Shown in pieces: positions 12,324-25,651 of a stretch of DNA of 64,000 bases (position 1 is the first letter of the stretch; the number at the start of each line of letters is the position of its first letter). Source of the stretch: Eledone cirrhosa (Eukaryota); the NCBI GenBank assembly GCA_964016885.1, contig OZ024740.1:387562001-387626000 (forward strand), written 5' to 3'. A program made the translations under genes and the position numbers. The notes under the pieces are model-generated. The model saw nothing but the letters and a program-made list of their open reading frames with translations, had not been told where the DNA came from and did not search any database.

Positions 12324-14851
12324 GGAGGTGAGTTTTATTGTAGTACAATAAAGCAATGCAGATATCGGATAAGAAGCACTCTACAGTTTGTAGGACTGGA
12401 GTATACATAATATATAAGAACAAAAGCTGGTTAAAGGAGTTCCATGTATTTTATTATGCGCATTTCAAAAACAAATATCATCATGCAATAATATTTGTGT
12501 TTTCATCAGATAAAACAGGAGGACATGATATGAAGGTTAAAAAACACTTGTGGATAGTTCAGTTTTAAATCAACATATGAGAAGTAGTTTTAGATTGATG
12601 TGTGATATTGGGGAAAATATTTTATTTAGAGGGGGGGGGGTGGAAAGGATGAAAAAAAGAAGGAGATGAGAGTGAAGGTGGAGAGGGAGGAGTATAGTGA
12701 GGAAGGATGAGATAGGAGGAGAGATGGGTGATAGAGAGAGAGAGATAGTTTTTATAACTGAGAAAGATATATTGTTTTACATAGAGAGGTTGAAAACCGT
12801 TGGAAGATAATGTATAAATTAAAAGAATTTGAAAATTAACGAAGAGAAAAATATGTGCGAAGAAAAAGAAGGAGTTAATATGTATTGAGAATAATGAGTT
12901 AGATGATAGGGAGAAAAGAATAATGAATTGAGGATGAATATTCTAACGTCAACAAAAATGTATATGTTTACGAAGGATTTTTACAAGGTGATATAGAGTA
13001 AGAATGTGTTGTATTATGTAATAATTGATTCTATGTTAGGCAAGAGTGAGAAAAGGTACAGATTAGGGGTTAGATATTAGAAGAGAAGAAAAGGAAGTAA
13101 TAAATATTGGTGATGTAGAAAGAGTAAACAAGTATTATAGAATTTGAAAATTAACGAAGAGAAAAATAATGTAAAGTTAAGGTTTGTATATTGAAGGATT
13201 TGAGAAAAATAATGTAAAGTTAAGGTTTGTATATTGAAGGATTTGATAATATGTGCGAAGAAAAAGAAAATGTTAATATGTATTGAGAATAATGAGTTAG
13301 ATGATAGGGAGAAAAAAATAATGAATTGAGGATGAATAATCTAGCGTCAAAAAAAATGTATATGTTTACGAAGGATTTTTACAAGGTGATATAGAGTAAG
13401 AGTAATGAGTAAACAAGTATTATAGAATGTATAATAACCTTTGAAATAAGGTAGAAAGATGGGTATATTTTTAAAAGAAGTGTATATATATGTGCCTTTG
13501 AGAAAAAGATTCTAAATTGATAAAGAATTGAATATTAGCTGTATACTTTGTGAAATGTTTTATAGAATTTATGCAAGCAGATAGAAAACAAGTCAGTGCG
13601 TCTATTTATTATAGAATCTAGATTAGAGATAATGGTAAATTTTTCATTTAGACAGAGATTGCAGATTTTAAATAGAGAACTGTTCAAGTATAAAGACGCA
13701 GAAGAAACCTTCTTCCAAAAGATGCTATATTTAATGTTTTTGTCTTTCAAGGACCATATGAGCTCTGTGAGAGCCGTGTTGGTTCTTTTAAGTTTGTATT
13801 TAAAAGACGAATGATGGTTATAAAGACTAGCTTTAAAAGAGGTGGAAGTGGAGCCATCTTTCTACCTTATTTCAAAGGTTATTATACATTCTATAATACT
13901 TGTTTACTCATTACTCTTACTCTATATCACCTTGTAAAAATCCTTCGTAAACATATACATTTTTTTTGACGCTAGATTATTCATCCTCAATTCATTATTC
14001 TTTTCTCCCTATCATCTAACTCATTATTCTCAATACATATTAACATTTTCTTTTTCTTCGCACATATTATCAAACCCCTCAATATACAAACCTTAACTTT
14101 ACATTATTTTTCTCTTCGTTAATTTTCATATTCTATAATACTTGTTTACTCTTTCTACATCACCCATATTTATCACTTCCTTTTCTTCTCTTCTAATATC
14201 TAACCCCTAATCTGTACCTTTTCTCACTCTTGCCTAACATAGAATCAATTATTACATAATACAACACATTCTTACTCTATATCACCTTGTAAAAATCCTT
14301 CGTAAACATATACATTTTTGTTGACGTTAGAATATTCATCCTCAATTCATTATTCTTTTCTCCCTATCATCTAACTCATTATTCTCAATACATATTAACT
14401 CCTTCTTTTTCTTCGCACATATTTTTCTCTTCGTTAATTTTCAAATTCTTTTAATTTATACATTATCTTCCAACGGTTTTCAACCTCTCTATGTAAAACA
14501 ATATATCTTTCTCAGTTATAAAAACTATCTCTCTCTCTCTATCACCCATCTCTCCTCCTATCTCATTCTTCCTCACTATACTCCTCTCTCTCCACCTTCA
14601 CTCTCATCTCCTTCTTTTTTTCATCCTTTCCACCCCCCCTCTAAATAAAATATTTTCCCCAATATCACACATCAATCTAAAACTACTTCTCATATGTTGA
14701 TTTAAAACTGAACTATCCACAAGTGTTTTTTAACCTTCATATCATGTCCTCCTGTTTTATCTGATGAAAACACAAATATTATTGCATGATGATATTTGTT
14801 TTTGAAATGCGCATAATAAAATACATGGAACTCCTTTAACCATCTTTTGTT

Positions 14852-14855
<4 letters not shown>
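12321..14855. mobile_element. PLE family A insertion: minus-strand 3' end plus ~1-kb inverted copy
   Basis: 12410-13462 is the inverse of 13854-14857. The spacer 13535-13853 encodes the GIY-YIG C-terminus (CNLCLNEKF) matching 58110-58429. HHRs at 12449-12515 (-) and 14755-14821 (+). (TA)n on both sides. Confidence 0.88.
14755..14821 (+). ncRNA. type I hammerhead ribozyme of PLE family A
   Basis: ttttat-CTGATGA-[acaaatat...atatttgt stem II]-GAAA-tgcgca-TA-ataaaa. Copies at 12449-12515 (-), 53060-53126, 55705-55769 and 59475-59541. Confidence 0.8.
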
Positions 14856-14899
<44 letters not shown>

Positions 14900-15875
14900 T
14901 GTAATAAACAATATATATATATATAGAGAAAGGATAAAAAGGACGATTGATTATTCCTTCATTGCATTTATTGATAGGTGACGCGCGTTTCGCCACTGAT
15001 CAGCTCAAGGTTCGATCTATATCGATCCTACCCGACTCAATAATCCGCAGCTCGACGGACCTTCTTAAAATGCTATAAGAAAATGAAATACATGTTATGT
15101 GGTAAAGTCAGAGATTCAAGAGTTTGACAAAATGAGTTGTTTTGATTGGTGGGAAGGGTCAAGGCGATGTACTGGCCTGTAGTGTATATGGGGGTGGGTC
15201 TGATGGTGAGATGTTGGTGACGACGGGTAGATGAGATGGGCTGTGGTGTGGTGGTGGTTGATTGGCCTTGGCATGTAGAGTATGTGGGGTGGACGTTATG
15301 ATATGGTGGTGGTTATGGTTGCTTAGTGGGATGGGCTGTGGTATGAGGTTAGTGGGTTGTCAGTTGACGGGTTGGCGTGTGTGTGGGGGTGTGGTATTGG
15401 TGCCGTTGTCTATGGTAGCGGCGTTTGTGGTGGTGTGGTGGATGTATTGGTGGCGTCAAGGTCATTACCTAGATACATAGTTAGACGCTCATCGTCTGAC
15501 AGATACTTTGTATATACGTATACGCACACACATATAGGCATGTATGTGCACACATATTGTTGTATAAACACACCCACCACAAAACACATACGCACATCCT
15601 TGCCCACACATATCGACACACGCTCACACACAGCCATATGTATATGTACACACATGTATGTGCGTGTGCGCATGCGGACACGAATATGGAGAGTGGGGAG
15701 TATCGTTGGGGGTGGCGAACGACGGAGATGGGGGGAAGGTGAGAGGCAATGTAGAAGGTGTTTTACATACATACATACACATAGATACATATGGGTATGG
15801 GCACATGGACTCACACTCACTTATACAAAATATACACATACACACTCACACACGTATACTCACTCACATACATAC

Positions 15876-15907
<32 letters not shown>

Positions 15908-16129
15908 ATTTCGTTTCTGAATTTGTTTAGCAAGATTCTTTATCTGAAATCGTGTGTTGAAACCGATATTGTTATACTTTGGGAGGGTCATGTTGCCAAT
16001 AAGAAACACGCACCAGTTGCTTTCACTTCAATTTATTATATATTTATAAATTTATAAATTTACAAATCTACAAACTTATAAATTTCTGGTTGGTTGGTTG
16101 ATTCCACAACCAGATAGTTGTTTATATAT

Positions 16130-16174
16130 AGTCATAGTCCTTTCGTCACACACTCTGTGACCTCTTCAGTGACT
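16130..16174 (-). ncRNA. type I hammerhead ribozyme of PLE family C
   Basis: Reverse complement reads agtca-CTGAAGA-g gtcac agagtgt gtgac-GAAA-ggac-TA-tgact. Confidence 0.75.
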
Positions 16175-16371
16175 GGGGATTCCTTTCTTTGTTTCGGTGC
16201 CTTTCCTTTCTTCTGTCCTACGCCATTTTGTTTCTGTGTGTGTGTTGTGTGCTCAGTTTGCGCATGCGCCACATCCGGGTGTCTGTGTGTGTTTGTGTTC
16301 ATTTATCTATTTGTTTATTTATTTGTTGGTTGGTTGTTTGTTCTATGTGTGTGTGTGTTTTCATTTTGTCC

Positions 16372-17670
16372 TTAATTGTAAGTTGTGATGTTGCTGTTCC
16401 ACTCATATTTTCTATTTAATTTTGGTTTTAATTCTTTTATGCTTACTGCCTCTGTAATTTGCCTAAACATTGCATCTTTTCTGTGTGTGGATTCTATTTT
16501 TATTTCTATGTTCTCTAATTTACCCCTGTGTTCTATCTTAGCATGTTGGTAGAGTACAGATGATTCTTTATTATCTTGAAGGTCTCGCCAGTGTTCATTT
16601 ATTCGTTCCCCTATACTACGAGCTGTCTCACCTATGTACACTATATTTTTGTTTTTACATTGTCCTTCAGTACATCTGATGCTATACACTACATTTCTAG
16701 TTTTACAGTTAATATGGGGGCTTATTTTACAGGTTATACATTTCTTATCTATACATGAGGGTCTTTGGAACGGGTATGTCTTGCTAATAAGTGTTTTTAC
16801 GGAGGTACCTGGTCTTTCTACTATCTTAATATTGAGTTTATGTTTATTTAGGGCCCTTCTAAATTTGTAGGCTAGTTCGCCTCTAGGGCTTGTATTGATG
16901 AACATTACACTCTGGTATTTATTGCTATCATACCATGAGTTTACTCTATTGGCCTTGTTCCTAGTTCTTTCTATTCTATTCCAAAATTTGCTCCTATACA
17001 AGGGGCAGGTCCCATTTATGTCATTATTTACCATTTTTTCCCATTTGGTTCTGGCTCCTCTATACACTCTGATTCTATCTCTCTGATTGTAGCCAGAGAA
17101 CTGCATACGGTGGATGAAGTGTTGTATGTGTCTCTCTAGTTCTTCGGGGTTGCACATGCGGGACACATTTCTCATCACCCGTACCAAATCCGCAATCAGT
17201 ATGTTGATTTTGGTATGGTCCGAAATGGCCGAGTTTCGGTGGATCAGATGTTTGGAAGTCATGGGTTTGGCATAATGGGAATGGAGGATTTGTTTTTGGT
17301 TGTTAATGGTATCTAACCAGAGCTCTGTGTCTAGTACAGGTAATCGATGGTTGGGGTGTCTACTTGGGTAGTCTATAGTAACTCTAATGCTCTGGTGGAT
17401 GGAGTTTGCTATTTGCTGGATGCTTTCCATTGTGTTTTTCTCTAGTTCCTGACTGTTCTTTAGTGGGGGTGTCTTAACTACGATGTTTATATCATCTACG
17501 TAGCGGGAGTACATTATCAGGGTTAAGCTGTCTTCTAATTGTTCTTTAAGTTTTTGTTTAAGTCTACTGTCCCACCATACCATGAATAAGTTAGCTATGT
17601 CGCCTGCAATGCTAACACCAATGGCTGCTCCTTCCTCTTGGGCATATGTTTTACCATTAAATTTGAACAT
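16372..17670 (-). CDS. Penelope-like reverse transcriptase (C-terminal half) plus GIY-YIG endonuclease
   Basis: QEEGAAIG...IANLFM, YSRYVDDINI, RLPVLD, HYAKP, Cys linker CIDKKCITC, NVVYSIRC...IVYIGETARSIGERINEH...EAVSI...LN. Confidence 0.88.
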   Translation of the reverse strand: MFKFNGKTYAQEEGAAIGVSIAGDIANLFMVWWDSRLKQKLKEQLEDSLTLIMYSRYVDDINIVVKTPPLKNSQELEKNTMESIQQIANSIHQSIRVTIDYPSRHPNHRLPVLDTELWLDTINNQKQILHSHYAKPMTSKHLIHRNSAISDHTKINILIADLVRVMRNVSRMCNPEELERHIQHFIHRMQFSGYNQRDRIRVYRGARTKWEKMVNNDINGTCPLYRSKFWNRIERTRNKANRVNSWYDSNKYQSVMFINTSPRGELAYKFRRALNKHKLNIKIVERPGTSVKTLISKTYPFQRPSCIDKKCITCKISPHINCKTRNVVYSIRCTEGQCKNKNIVYIGETARSIGERINEHWRDLQDNKESSVLYQHAKIEHRGKLENIEIKIESTHRKDAMFRQITEAVSIKELKPKLNRKYEWNSNITTYN

Positions 17671-17822
17671 ATGTTCCTTAAGGGTTAATTTATGCTGGCC
17701 CCTACCGCATGTGCAATCATTTTCTTCAGTTCATCGTGATTTTCGGGTGTCCGTATGGCTCTGGTCCACCCGTTCCATCTTTCTGTGTGGGTTTTCTTGG
17801 CCATTGAGGTAATGGTAATAAT

Positions 17823-17856
<34 letters not shown>

Positions 17857-20021
17857 CATACATATACAGACAACACACAGTTATACACGCACATATACAC
17901 ATATATGCACATACATGAGCTCACCTACACATATAGTCAGATTCGCCCAGATACATATATGTAGACGTGCATATATACACACATACATACACATACATAT
18001 AGACACACACACATACGCATACACTACACATATATATATACAGATATGTACCCACACATACACACATGTATACACCTGTGTTCACATACACACACACGTA
18101 TAACTATGCGTACACGCACACTCATACGTCCGTATGTGTAAGAATACTTACACACTGACACACACGCTATTGTTGGTTGGGGAGTGGGGGTGTGTGTTGT
18201 CGGTGAAGTATGGAGTTGTGTTTTGTGGTGGTGGTGGAGTTGTGAGGGACAAATATATATATACAGGATCGAATACCGGTTAGAAGGTGTTTATGGACGT
18301 ACGGCGATGTGTGTTGTGGACATGGTGATGGTGGTGGTGCTGGGGTGATGTGTTCGACAAGATGATTACATGATCAGAGGTTACGGTGTGTTATAGGGTA
18401 AGGCAAACGGGGGGTGGGGGGTGGGGGTATATAATACAGTCGATCTGGGAGCGGGGGGTGATATGTGTTGATGATGTTAATGATAATGATTGTTGAGGTA
18501 TTTGGATGTATCTAGTGGTGGCGGTGGTTGTGTATGCGTGCGACAGTACAATTACAGGGACGAATTTAGCGTGGGGTTGTAGGTTAGGGTAGACAGAGGG
18601 AACATGGGGGGATGAGGTTGTAGGTGTGTATGGTAGGCATATGACGATGTGTGGTGTGGTGGTGGTGGTGATGGTGTGATATGATCGACATTGTATTTAC
18701 AAGGTCCCTTGTCATTGTGGATTGCAAGGTAGAACGTATCATAGGATACCGATCTAATACGATGTTGCAACGATGAGGTGTGTATCTTGATGTGAATTTT
18801 GGTGGTGGTGATGGTGATGTGTGCGGCATGATATACAAATGCGGGCTTAGAAATGGTTACATGGAGTACAATACAATAAGTTCATTGAGGTGGGCGATGT
18901 TGAGACGGGGTATATGTGGTTATTAATATGGTGTGATGGTGTGTCATGGTTATTGTGATTTTTTGGTGTGGGTTATGTATGCGGCATGATATACAAAATA
19001 CGGGCTTACATATGGTTAAATGCAATACAATAAAATAAGATAAAGTAAAGTAAGATGTATGTATGTTTGTATGTATGTATGTAAAACACCTTCTACATTG
19101 CCTCTCACCTTCCCCCCATCTCCGTCGTTCGCCACCCCCAACGATACTCCCCACTCTCCATATTCGTGTCCGCATGCGCACACGCACATACATGTGTGTA
19201 CATATACATATGGCTGTGTGTGAGCGTGTGTCGATATGTGTGGGCAAGGATGTGCGTATGTGTTTTGTGGTGGGTGTGTTTATACAACAATATGTGTGCA
19301 CATACATGCCTATATGTGTGTGCGTATACGTATATACAAAGTATCTGTCAGACGATGAGCGTCTAACTATGTATCTAGGTAATGACCTTGACGCCACCAA
19401 TACATCCACCACACCACCACAAACGCCGCTACCATAGACAACGGCACCAATACCACACCCCCACACACACGCCAACCCGTCAACTGACAACCCACTAACC
19501 TCATACCACAGCCCATCCCACTAAGCAACCATAACCACCACCATATCATAACGTCCACCCCCACATACTCTACATGCCAAGGCCAATCAACCACCACCAC
19601 ACCACAGCCCATCTCATCTACCCATCGTCACCAACATCTCACCATCAGACCCACCCCCATATACACTACAGGCCAGTACATCGCCTTGACCCTTCCCACC
19701 AATCAAAACAACTCATTTTGTCAAACTCTTGAATCTCTGACTTTACCACATAGCATGTATTTCATTTTCTTATAGCATTTTAAGAAGGTCCGTCGAGCTG
19801 CGGATTATTGAGTCGGGTAGGATCGATATAGATCGAACCTTGAGCTGATCAATGTCGAAACGCGCGTCACCTATCAATAAATGCAATGTAGGAATAATCA
19901 ATCGTCCTTTTTATCCTTTCTATATATTACACTCTGTAGAGCTCTACACATCATCACAGAAGTGAACCTAAACATCGAGTGCTCACCCGGGTGAACCTGC
20001 AGTAACTCCTAGTTACACCCC

Positions 20022-20080
<59 letters not shown>

Positions 20081-20081
<1 letters not shown>

Positions 20082-20485
20082 TAAAATAACATTTTACGTG
20101 GTTTTGTCTTTGTGTGTAATTGTTCTCCACGGTCCACATAATGACGTATTATCTTCGTTTTTTCCGTTCCTTGCCAGAAAACGTCTCCATGAACCACCTA
20201 ATAGAATATTAGTCTACGATTTCATTTATACCATAAACGTGGTTTTGTCTTCGCGTGTAAATGTTTTCACTGCACCAAATAATGACGTATTATCTTCATT
20301 TTTTTCCGTTCTTTGCCAGGGAACGTTTCCACGAACCAAAGTATCGTCTTCCTGTCTTCCTTCAGTTGTAACGACTTTTGAAATATTTACTTCTGCGTTC
20401 ACAGATTGACTTTTTTTAGTTTCAGAAGATCCCGTTAAGGGTGAAGCAGCGATTCTTTGCTTAAACTTTAATCTGTTATTTTAAT
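20081..20485 (+). mobile_element. PLE family B terminal fragment between (TA)n tracts
   Basis: Matches 11720-12233 (without the SINE) and 61410-61800. Decayed HHR at about 20418-20467. Confidence 0.8.
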
Positions 20486-20661
20486 ATATATATATATATA
20501 AAATATATAATGTAGAAGGTGTTATTGCAGGGCGACCGTCTGAGGTTGAAGGAACAGAATAGCGGTCGCCCTCGGGTCTCGATTTTCAGCCCCATGGATT
20601 TTACCTATTACATTCACGTATTATATTTCGAATACCTGATGATATATATATATAAAATATA

Positions 20662-20700
<39 letters not shown>

Positions 20701-20704
<4 letters not shown>

Positions 20705-23657
20705 CATCTCTATTATGCATCGGCTAAAGTCACCACTCACTTATGTGGAGTGAAGATGAAAAAACAAAGGAATTCCCACAAGAAATCTACTTGGCAAGAG
20801 AACATCAATCGCCAAATAAACCTTCTCCGATCTGACATAGAAATTTTAAAAAACTCTAAAGTAGGTGAACATGTTAAACAAACTAAACTTAGAAAATTGA
20901 AAAGAAAGTACAGTATAAAACCAACAAGTGACATAGGCATGCTGATAGAAATAATCAAGCAAAAAGTGTCGGCCAAAGCTGCTCGTATAAGGCGCTTTGA
21001 AAAACGATCTAGATTCTATAAGGACAATAATATGTTCAAAACCAACCAAAGAAACTTCTACAGAAAAATTGGTAAGTCAACAATAACTGCTAAATCAATA
21101 CCACAAGGAGGAAGTGCAAGAATTCTGGGAAAAGATCTGGGCCGAAGAAAAAGTTCATAATATACATGCCCCATGGATAGACAGACAAATGAAAGATACA
21201 ACTCACCTTGAGGAACAAATATGGGAAAATATAACAGTTGAACAGTTGCGTTTGGCTCTAAGAAAAACCAGCAAATGGAAATCCCCAGGAAAAGACAAAA
21301 TACAAAATTTTTGGATAAATGCCTTCACAGAATCTTATGAGCTGTTAGCCCAACTTTACAATGAAATAGTTAAGGAGCCAGAAAAGATACCATCATGGCT
21401 AGTTAACGGCATTACATTCTTGCTTCCGAAGAATGATGAGACAAACAATCCCCAAAATTACAGACCGATAACTTGCTTGACCACAATGTATAAAATGTTA
21501 ACATCAGTCCTAACTGAATATACATATGACCACCTGATAACAAATGACCTATTTCCCATTGAGCAGAAAGGGTGTAAACGAGGCTCATATCGCTGTAAGG
21601 ATCAGCTTTTGGTTAACAAAATGATACTGGAAGATTGTCATAATAGACACAAAAATCTATCAATTGCTTGGATAGGTTATAAAAAAGCATTCGATAGTTT
21701 GCCACACAGTTGGATTGAAAAATGTTTAGAGATTTTCAAAATATCAGGAGGTTTTTGTCATTCAGTATGAAGACATGGAAAACGACACTCCTTTTGAATA
21801 GTGAAACAAAATCACTGGAAGCTGGAGAAGTTAATATTAATTGTGGAATTTTTCAGGGCGACTCTTTATCACCGCTTTTATTCTGCATCGCACTTAAGTA
21901 AAATGCTCAATGAAACAAAACATGGATATAAAGTCTATGACAAAACCATTAATCACTTGTTCTACATGGATGACCTGAAACTATTTGCAAAAAATGATGA
22001 ACAATTGCAAGGGCTATTATCCACTGTGGAGCAGTTCAGTGATGACATTAAAATGGAGTTTGGACTAGATAAATGCGCCAAAGCAATGTTCACCAGAGGA
22101 AAGCTGCTGAAAAGTTCAGACATTAATCTTGATCGAGGGAATGTGATAAGAGAACTTGATCAAGAGGAAACTTAAAAATATCTAGGTGTTTGTGAAGGAG
22201 ACGGAATCAAGCACTCGACAATGAGGGAAAGGATAAGGAAGGAATGTTACCGCAGAGTAAGAGCAATCTTAAGAACGGAATTGAATGCAAGGAATAGGAT
22301 CGATGCCATAAACACGCTTGCCATACCAGTAGTAACCTACAGTTACAATGTCATCAACTGGTCAAGCATAGAGATCCGTAGGCTCGATACAAAAATTCGA
22401 AAATTCTTAACCATGCACAGAATGCATCACCCTAAGGCAGATACAGATAGAATATATCTCCCTAGGAAAGAAGGAGGACGTGGGTTAATCCAGTTAGACA
22501 TTACGTTGAAAACTGCAACAATTGGATTATCTACATATCTAAGGGAATCACATGATTGGATGATCAAACTCGTTTTGAAACACGAAAGCATCAAAAGATC
22601 ATACTCCATTACAAAAGATGCACAAAGATACAGTAATGGACTACACATTTCAGAAGTCCCATTTACTGCTGAAATGGAAAACACAGAAAAAGCAAAGCAG
22701 GTAAAAGTAACTGCAAAGAAAGAACTGCTACAGAAACTGGCTAAGAAATGTCAAGAAAAGCCTCTGTATGGAAAATACCCAGAACGAGCTAACAATCCTG
22801 ATGTTGACAAAACTTTAACCCATTAGTGGTTGGCATCCTCTGGACTGAAATCGGAGACTGAAGGACTGATTATATCAGCACAAGATCAGTGTCTGCCAAC
22901 AAAAAATTACCAAGCCAACATAATAAAAAATGGATGCAGCCCATTATGCCGTGTATGTAAAAATCAACCAGAGACCATTGACCATATAATTTCAATGTGC
23001 AGTCCTATAGCTCCAACCGAATACCTAAACAGGCATGACAGAGCTGCACAATACATACATTGGATAATGTGTAAGCATTTTGACCTGCCCCAACAAAAGA
23101 ATTGGTGGGAGCATCAACCACCTCCCATACTTGAAAAAGATCACATCTCAATCTTGTGGAACATTAGCATCCAAACAGACCGAAAAATAGATGCAAATAG
23201 ACCTGATATAATATTGAAGGACTTTAAAAAGAGGGTATGCCTGCTAATTGATATGTCCGTTCCAATAGACAAGAATGTATCTATAAAAACATTTGAAAAA
23301 TTGAGCAAGTATAAGGACCTGGAGATAGAAATTGGAAAAATGTGGAAATTGAGAACTAAAACAATACCAGTGGTTGTAGGCGCTCTAGGAATGATACCTA
23401 AGGGGTCTAATGATTACTTATCGCAAATCCCAGGAAACCCGCGTATAGGAGAAATACAAAAGATAGTACTAATGGGAACTGCCCATATACTAAGGAAGAT
23501 TCTGTCAATATAAGTACATCACAAGTCTAAACACTAAAGATGCATGTGTGAGTATGTATGTTCTTTCTTGAACATGGCGGACCTTGTTGTCTCTTGAGGT
23601 CACTGGTTGTGACTTGGTGATAACTCGTATGAACATAAAGCAAGATAAATGCAGCTG
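20701..23657 (+). mobile_element. Dong/R4-clade non-LTR retrotransposon (restriction-like endonuclease type), 5'-truncated, pseudogenised
   Basis: KSPGKD, NYRPITCL, EQKGC, YKKAFDS, GIFQGDSLSP, HLFYMDDLKL, CCHC finger CRVCKNQPETIDHIISMC, endonuclease RPDIILKD...IDMSVP...KYKDL. Flanked by (TAA)n at 20671-20700 and 23658-23678, the known Dong target. Several frameshifts and stops. Confidence 0.9.
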
Positions 23658-23755
23658 TAATAATAATAATAATAATAAATTTGAAGACTAAAATCCAAAG
23701 AGGGCTCGAGAAGGATAAATATATATCAAATATATAAGAACCGTAGAGCAAATAG

Positions 23756-23806
23756 AGTTTCTGAAGATCCCGTTAAGGGTGAAAGCACCGATTCTTAGCT
23801 TAAACT
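23756..23806 (+). ncRNA. type I hammerhead ribozyme of PLE family B (canonical-core copy)
   Basis: agttt-CTGAAGA-t ccc gttaa ggg t-GAAA-gc accgattctta gc-TT-aaact. Confidence 0.7.
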
Positions 23807-23825
23807 TTAATCTGTTATTTTAATA

Positions 23826-24220
<395 letters not shown>

Positions 24221-25148
24221 GCCAGAATACTCAAACCAATCTTAGACACTTTGCCGAGACACGTTAACAGCTCCGAGCAGGTGTTGAAGCGCCTGCATCA
24301 AATGGATCCCGACACCAGAAAGGATAACAGATATGCCTTCAGCCTTGATGTAGTCGCTCTCTACACCTCGGTCCCGGCACTCCCGGTCGTCAATATACTG
24401 ATGGAACGCGTTCAATCCACCGACCTACACTGCTTCGGGCTCACCACCACTGACATCCACCAACTCTTATCCATCATCGTCGACAACATCTACTTCGGAT
24501 TCCTTGACCAAACATACCAGCAAAGCTCGGGACTGCCCATGGGCTCAAGCCTGTCGGGTGTGCTAGCGATCTCTGACAGCCTCGAGCGCAAGGCACTCAA
24601 CGCCTGCCACCCCAACGCCGTCGCCTTTTTCTCAAGGTACGTGGACGATATCCTCATCCTCACATCTTCCCAAGACATGGCGAACAGAATATATGAGACG
24701 TTCAACAACACGGACGAGAACAGTGACTTCAGTGTTGAACACCCCAACGACGACGGGTCACTTGCCCTCATCGACTTCCGAATCAACATCACGGAACAGG
24801 GAGGGATCCACTGCAACTTCTACCGAAAGGCAGCCTGCAGGGACCTGTTCGTCCACTACAAGTCCGCCCTCCCTAACAGTGCCAAAAGAGGATACATCAC
24901 GAACGAGATCGCGCGAATCAAAAACATGCAGCGAACCCGCGAGTGGTGTCACTCACACCAAGCGATTCCTCGAGGTGCTGGAGACGAACGGGTACCCTAC
25001 CTCGCTCACAGACAGAGTAGGAGACACCAGACAGAAGAGACAGAGAGGCACCCAAGGCAAGTGCTTCCTTAAAATGCCACACCTGGGCCAGAATACCACC
25101 AACGCTATCCGCAAGGCTATACGGAGGGAGGGCCTCGACATCCACCTG

Positions 25149-25152
<4 letters not shown>
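24221..25152 (+). pseudogene. Penelope-like RT fragment (GC-richer family), truncated at both ends by (TA)n
   Basis: FSLDVVALYTSVP, YQQSSGLPMGSSLSGVL, FSRYVDDIL, LALIDF, FYRK...HYKSALP. Frameshift near 24925. Confidence 0.85.
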
Positions 25153-25240
<88 letters not shown>

Positions 25241-25247
<7 letters not shown>

Positions 25248-25310
25248 TCCTTGAGCAAGACACTTTATTTCACGTTACTCCAGTTTACACAGCTGTAGAA
25301 ATGAGTACCT
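25241..25310 (+). mobile_element. CORE-type SINE fragment
   Basis: gttgtttccttgagcaagacacttt resembles the CORE-SINE central motif. Confidence 0.4.
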
Positions 25311-25375
25311 GCCCGCCAAGCCAGTGGGATGGCGTTATCTTATGGTTAAAACAGCACAACGTGCCAACTATCTTT

Positions 25376-25495
25376 TTCATGCCAACTATCTTTTTTGTAA
25401 TTGACCTTTGGGGTGCTTCAACTTTCATGATATTTTGTTTCGTGTGGGGTGACCACAGTGGACAACAGTATTCAAGGTGGGGTCGGGCAAAAGTG
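25376..25495 (-). mobile_element. CR1/L2-type LINE RT C-terminal fragment
   Basis: [39 protein letters not shown] matches the RPHLEY...W.P...QR motif. Confidence 0.7.
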
Positions 25496-25573
25496 AGAGG
25501 AGAAGGACAACAGTGTGAATATCTCTCGACTGGAAAGTTCTGAGAATCCAGGAACACATTCTACGTAAATACC

Positions 25574-25647
<74 letters not shown>

Positions 25648-25651
<4 letters not shown>

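Larger units (their letters stand above)
15910..17820 (-). mobile_element. PLE family C, 5'-truncated, nested in a (TA)n tract
   Basis: Contains RT/GIY-YIG ORF 16372-17670, extended to about 17820 across a frameshift. HHR at 16130-16174. The terminus is shared with 54417-54655. Confidence 0.85.
14927..20023. mobile_element. PLE-type element X: long non-coding 3' region with ~850-bp inverted arms, interrupted by PLE family C
   Basis: 14927-15778 is the inverse of 19069-19921. Both arms end outward in gaaacgcgcgtcacctatcAATAAA. The right arm has a ~100-bp extra tail before (TA)n. No ORF of its own. Confidence 0.7.

Noticed and set aside
14927-19921. A novel TIR-bounded element encoding an RT
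   Set aside because: The RT belongs to a separate nested PLE with its own terminus and hammerhead.
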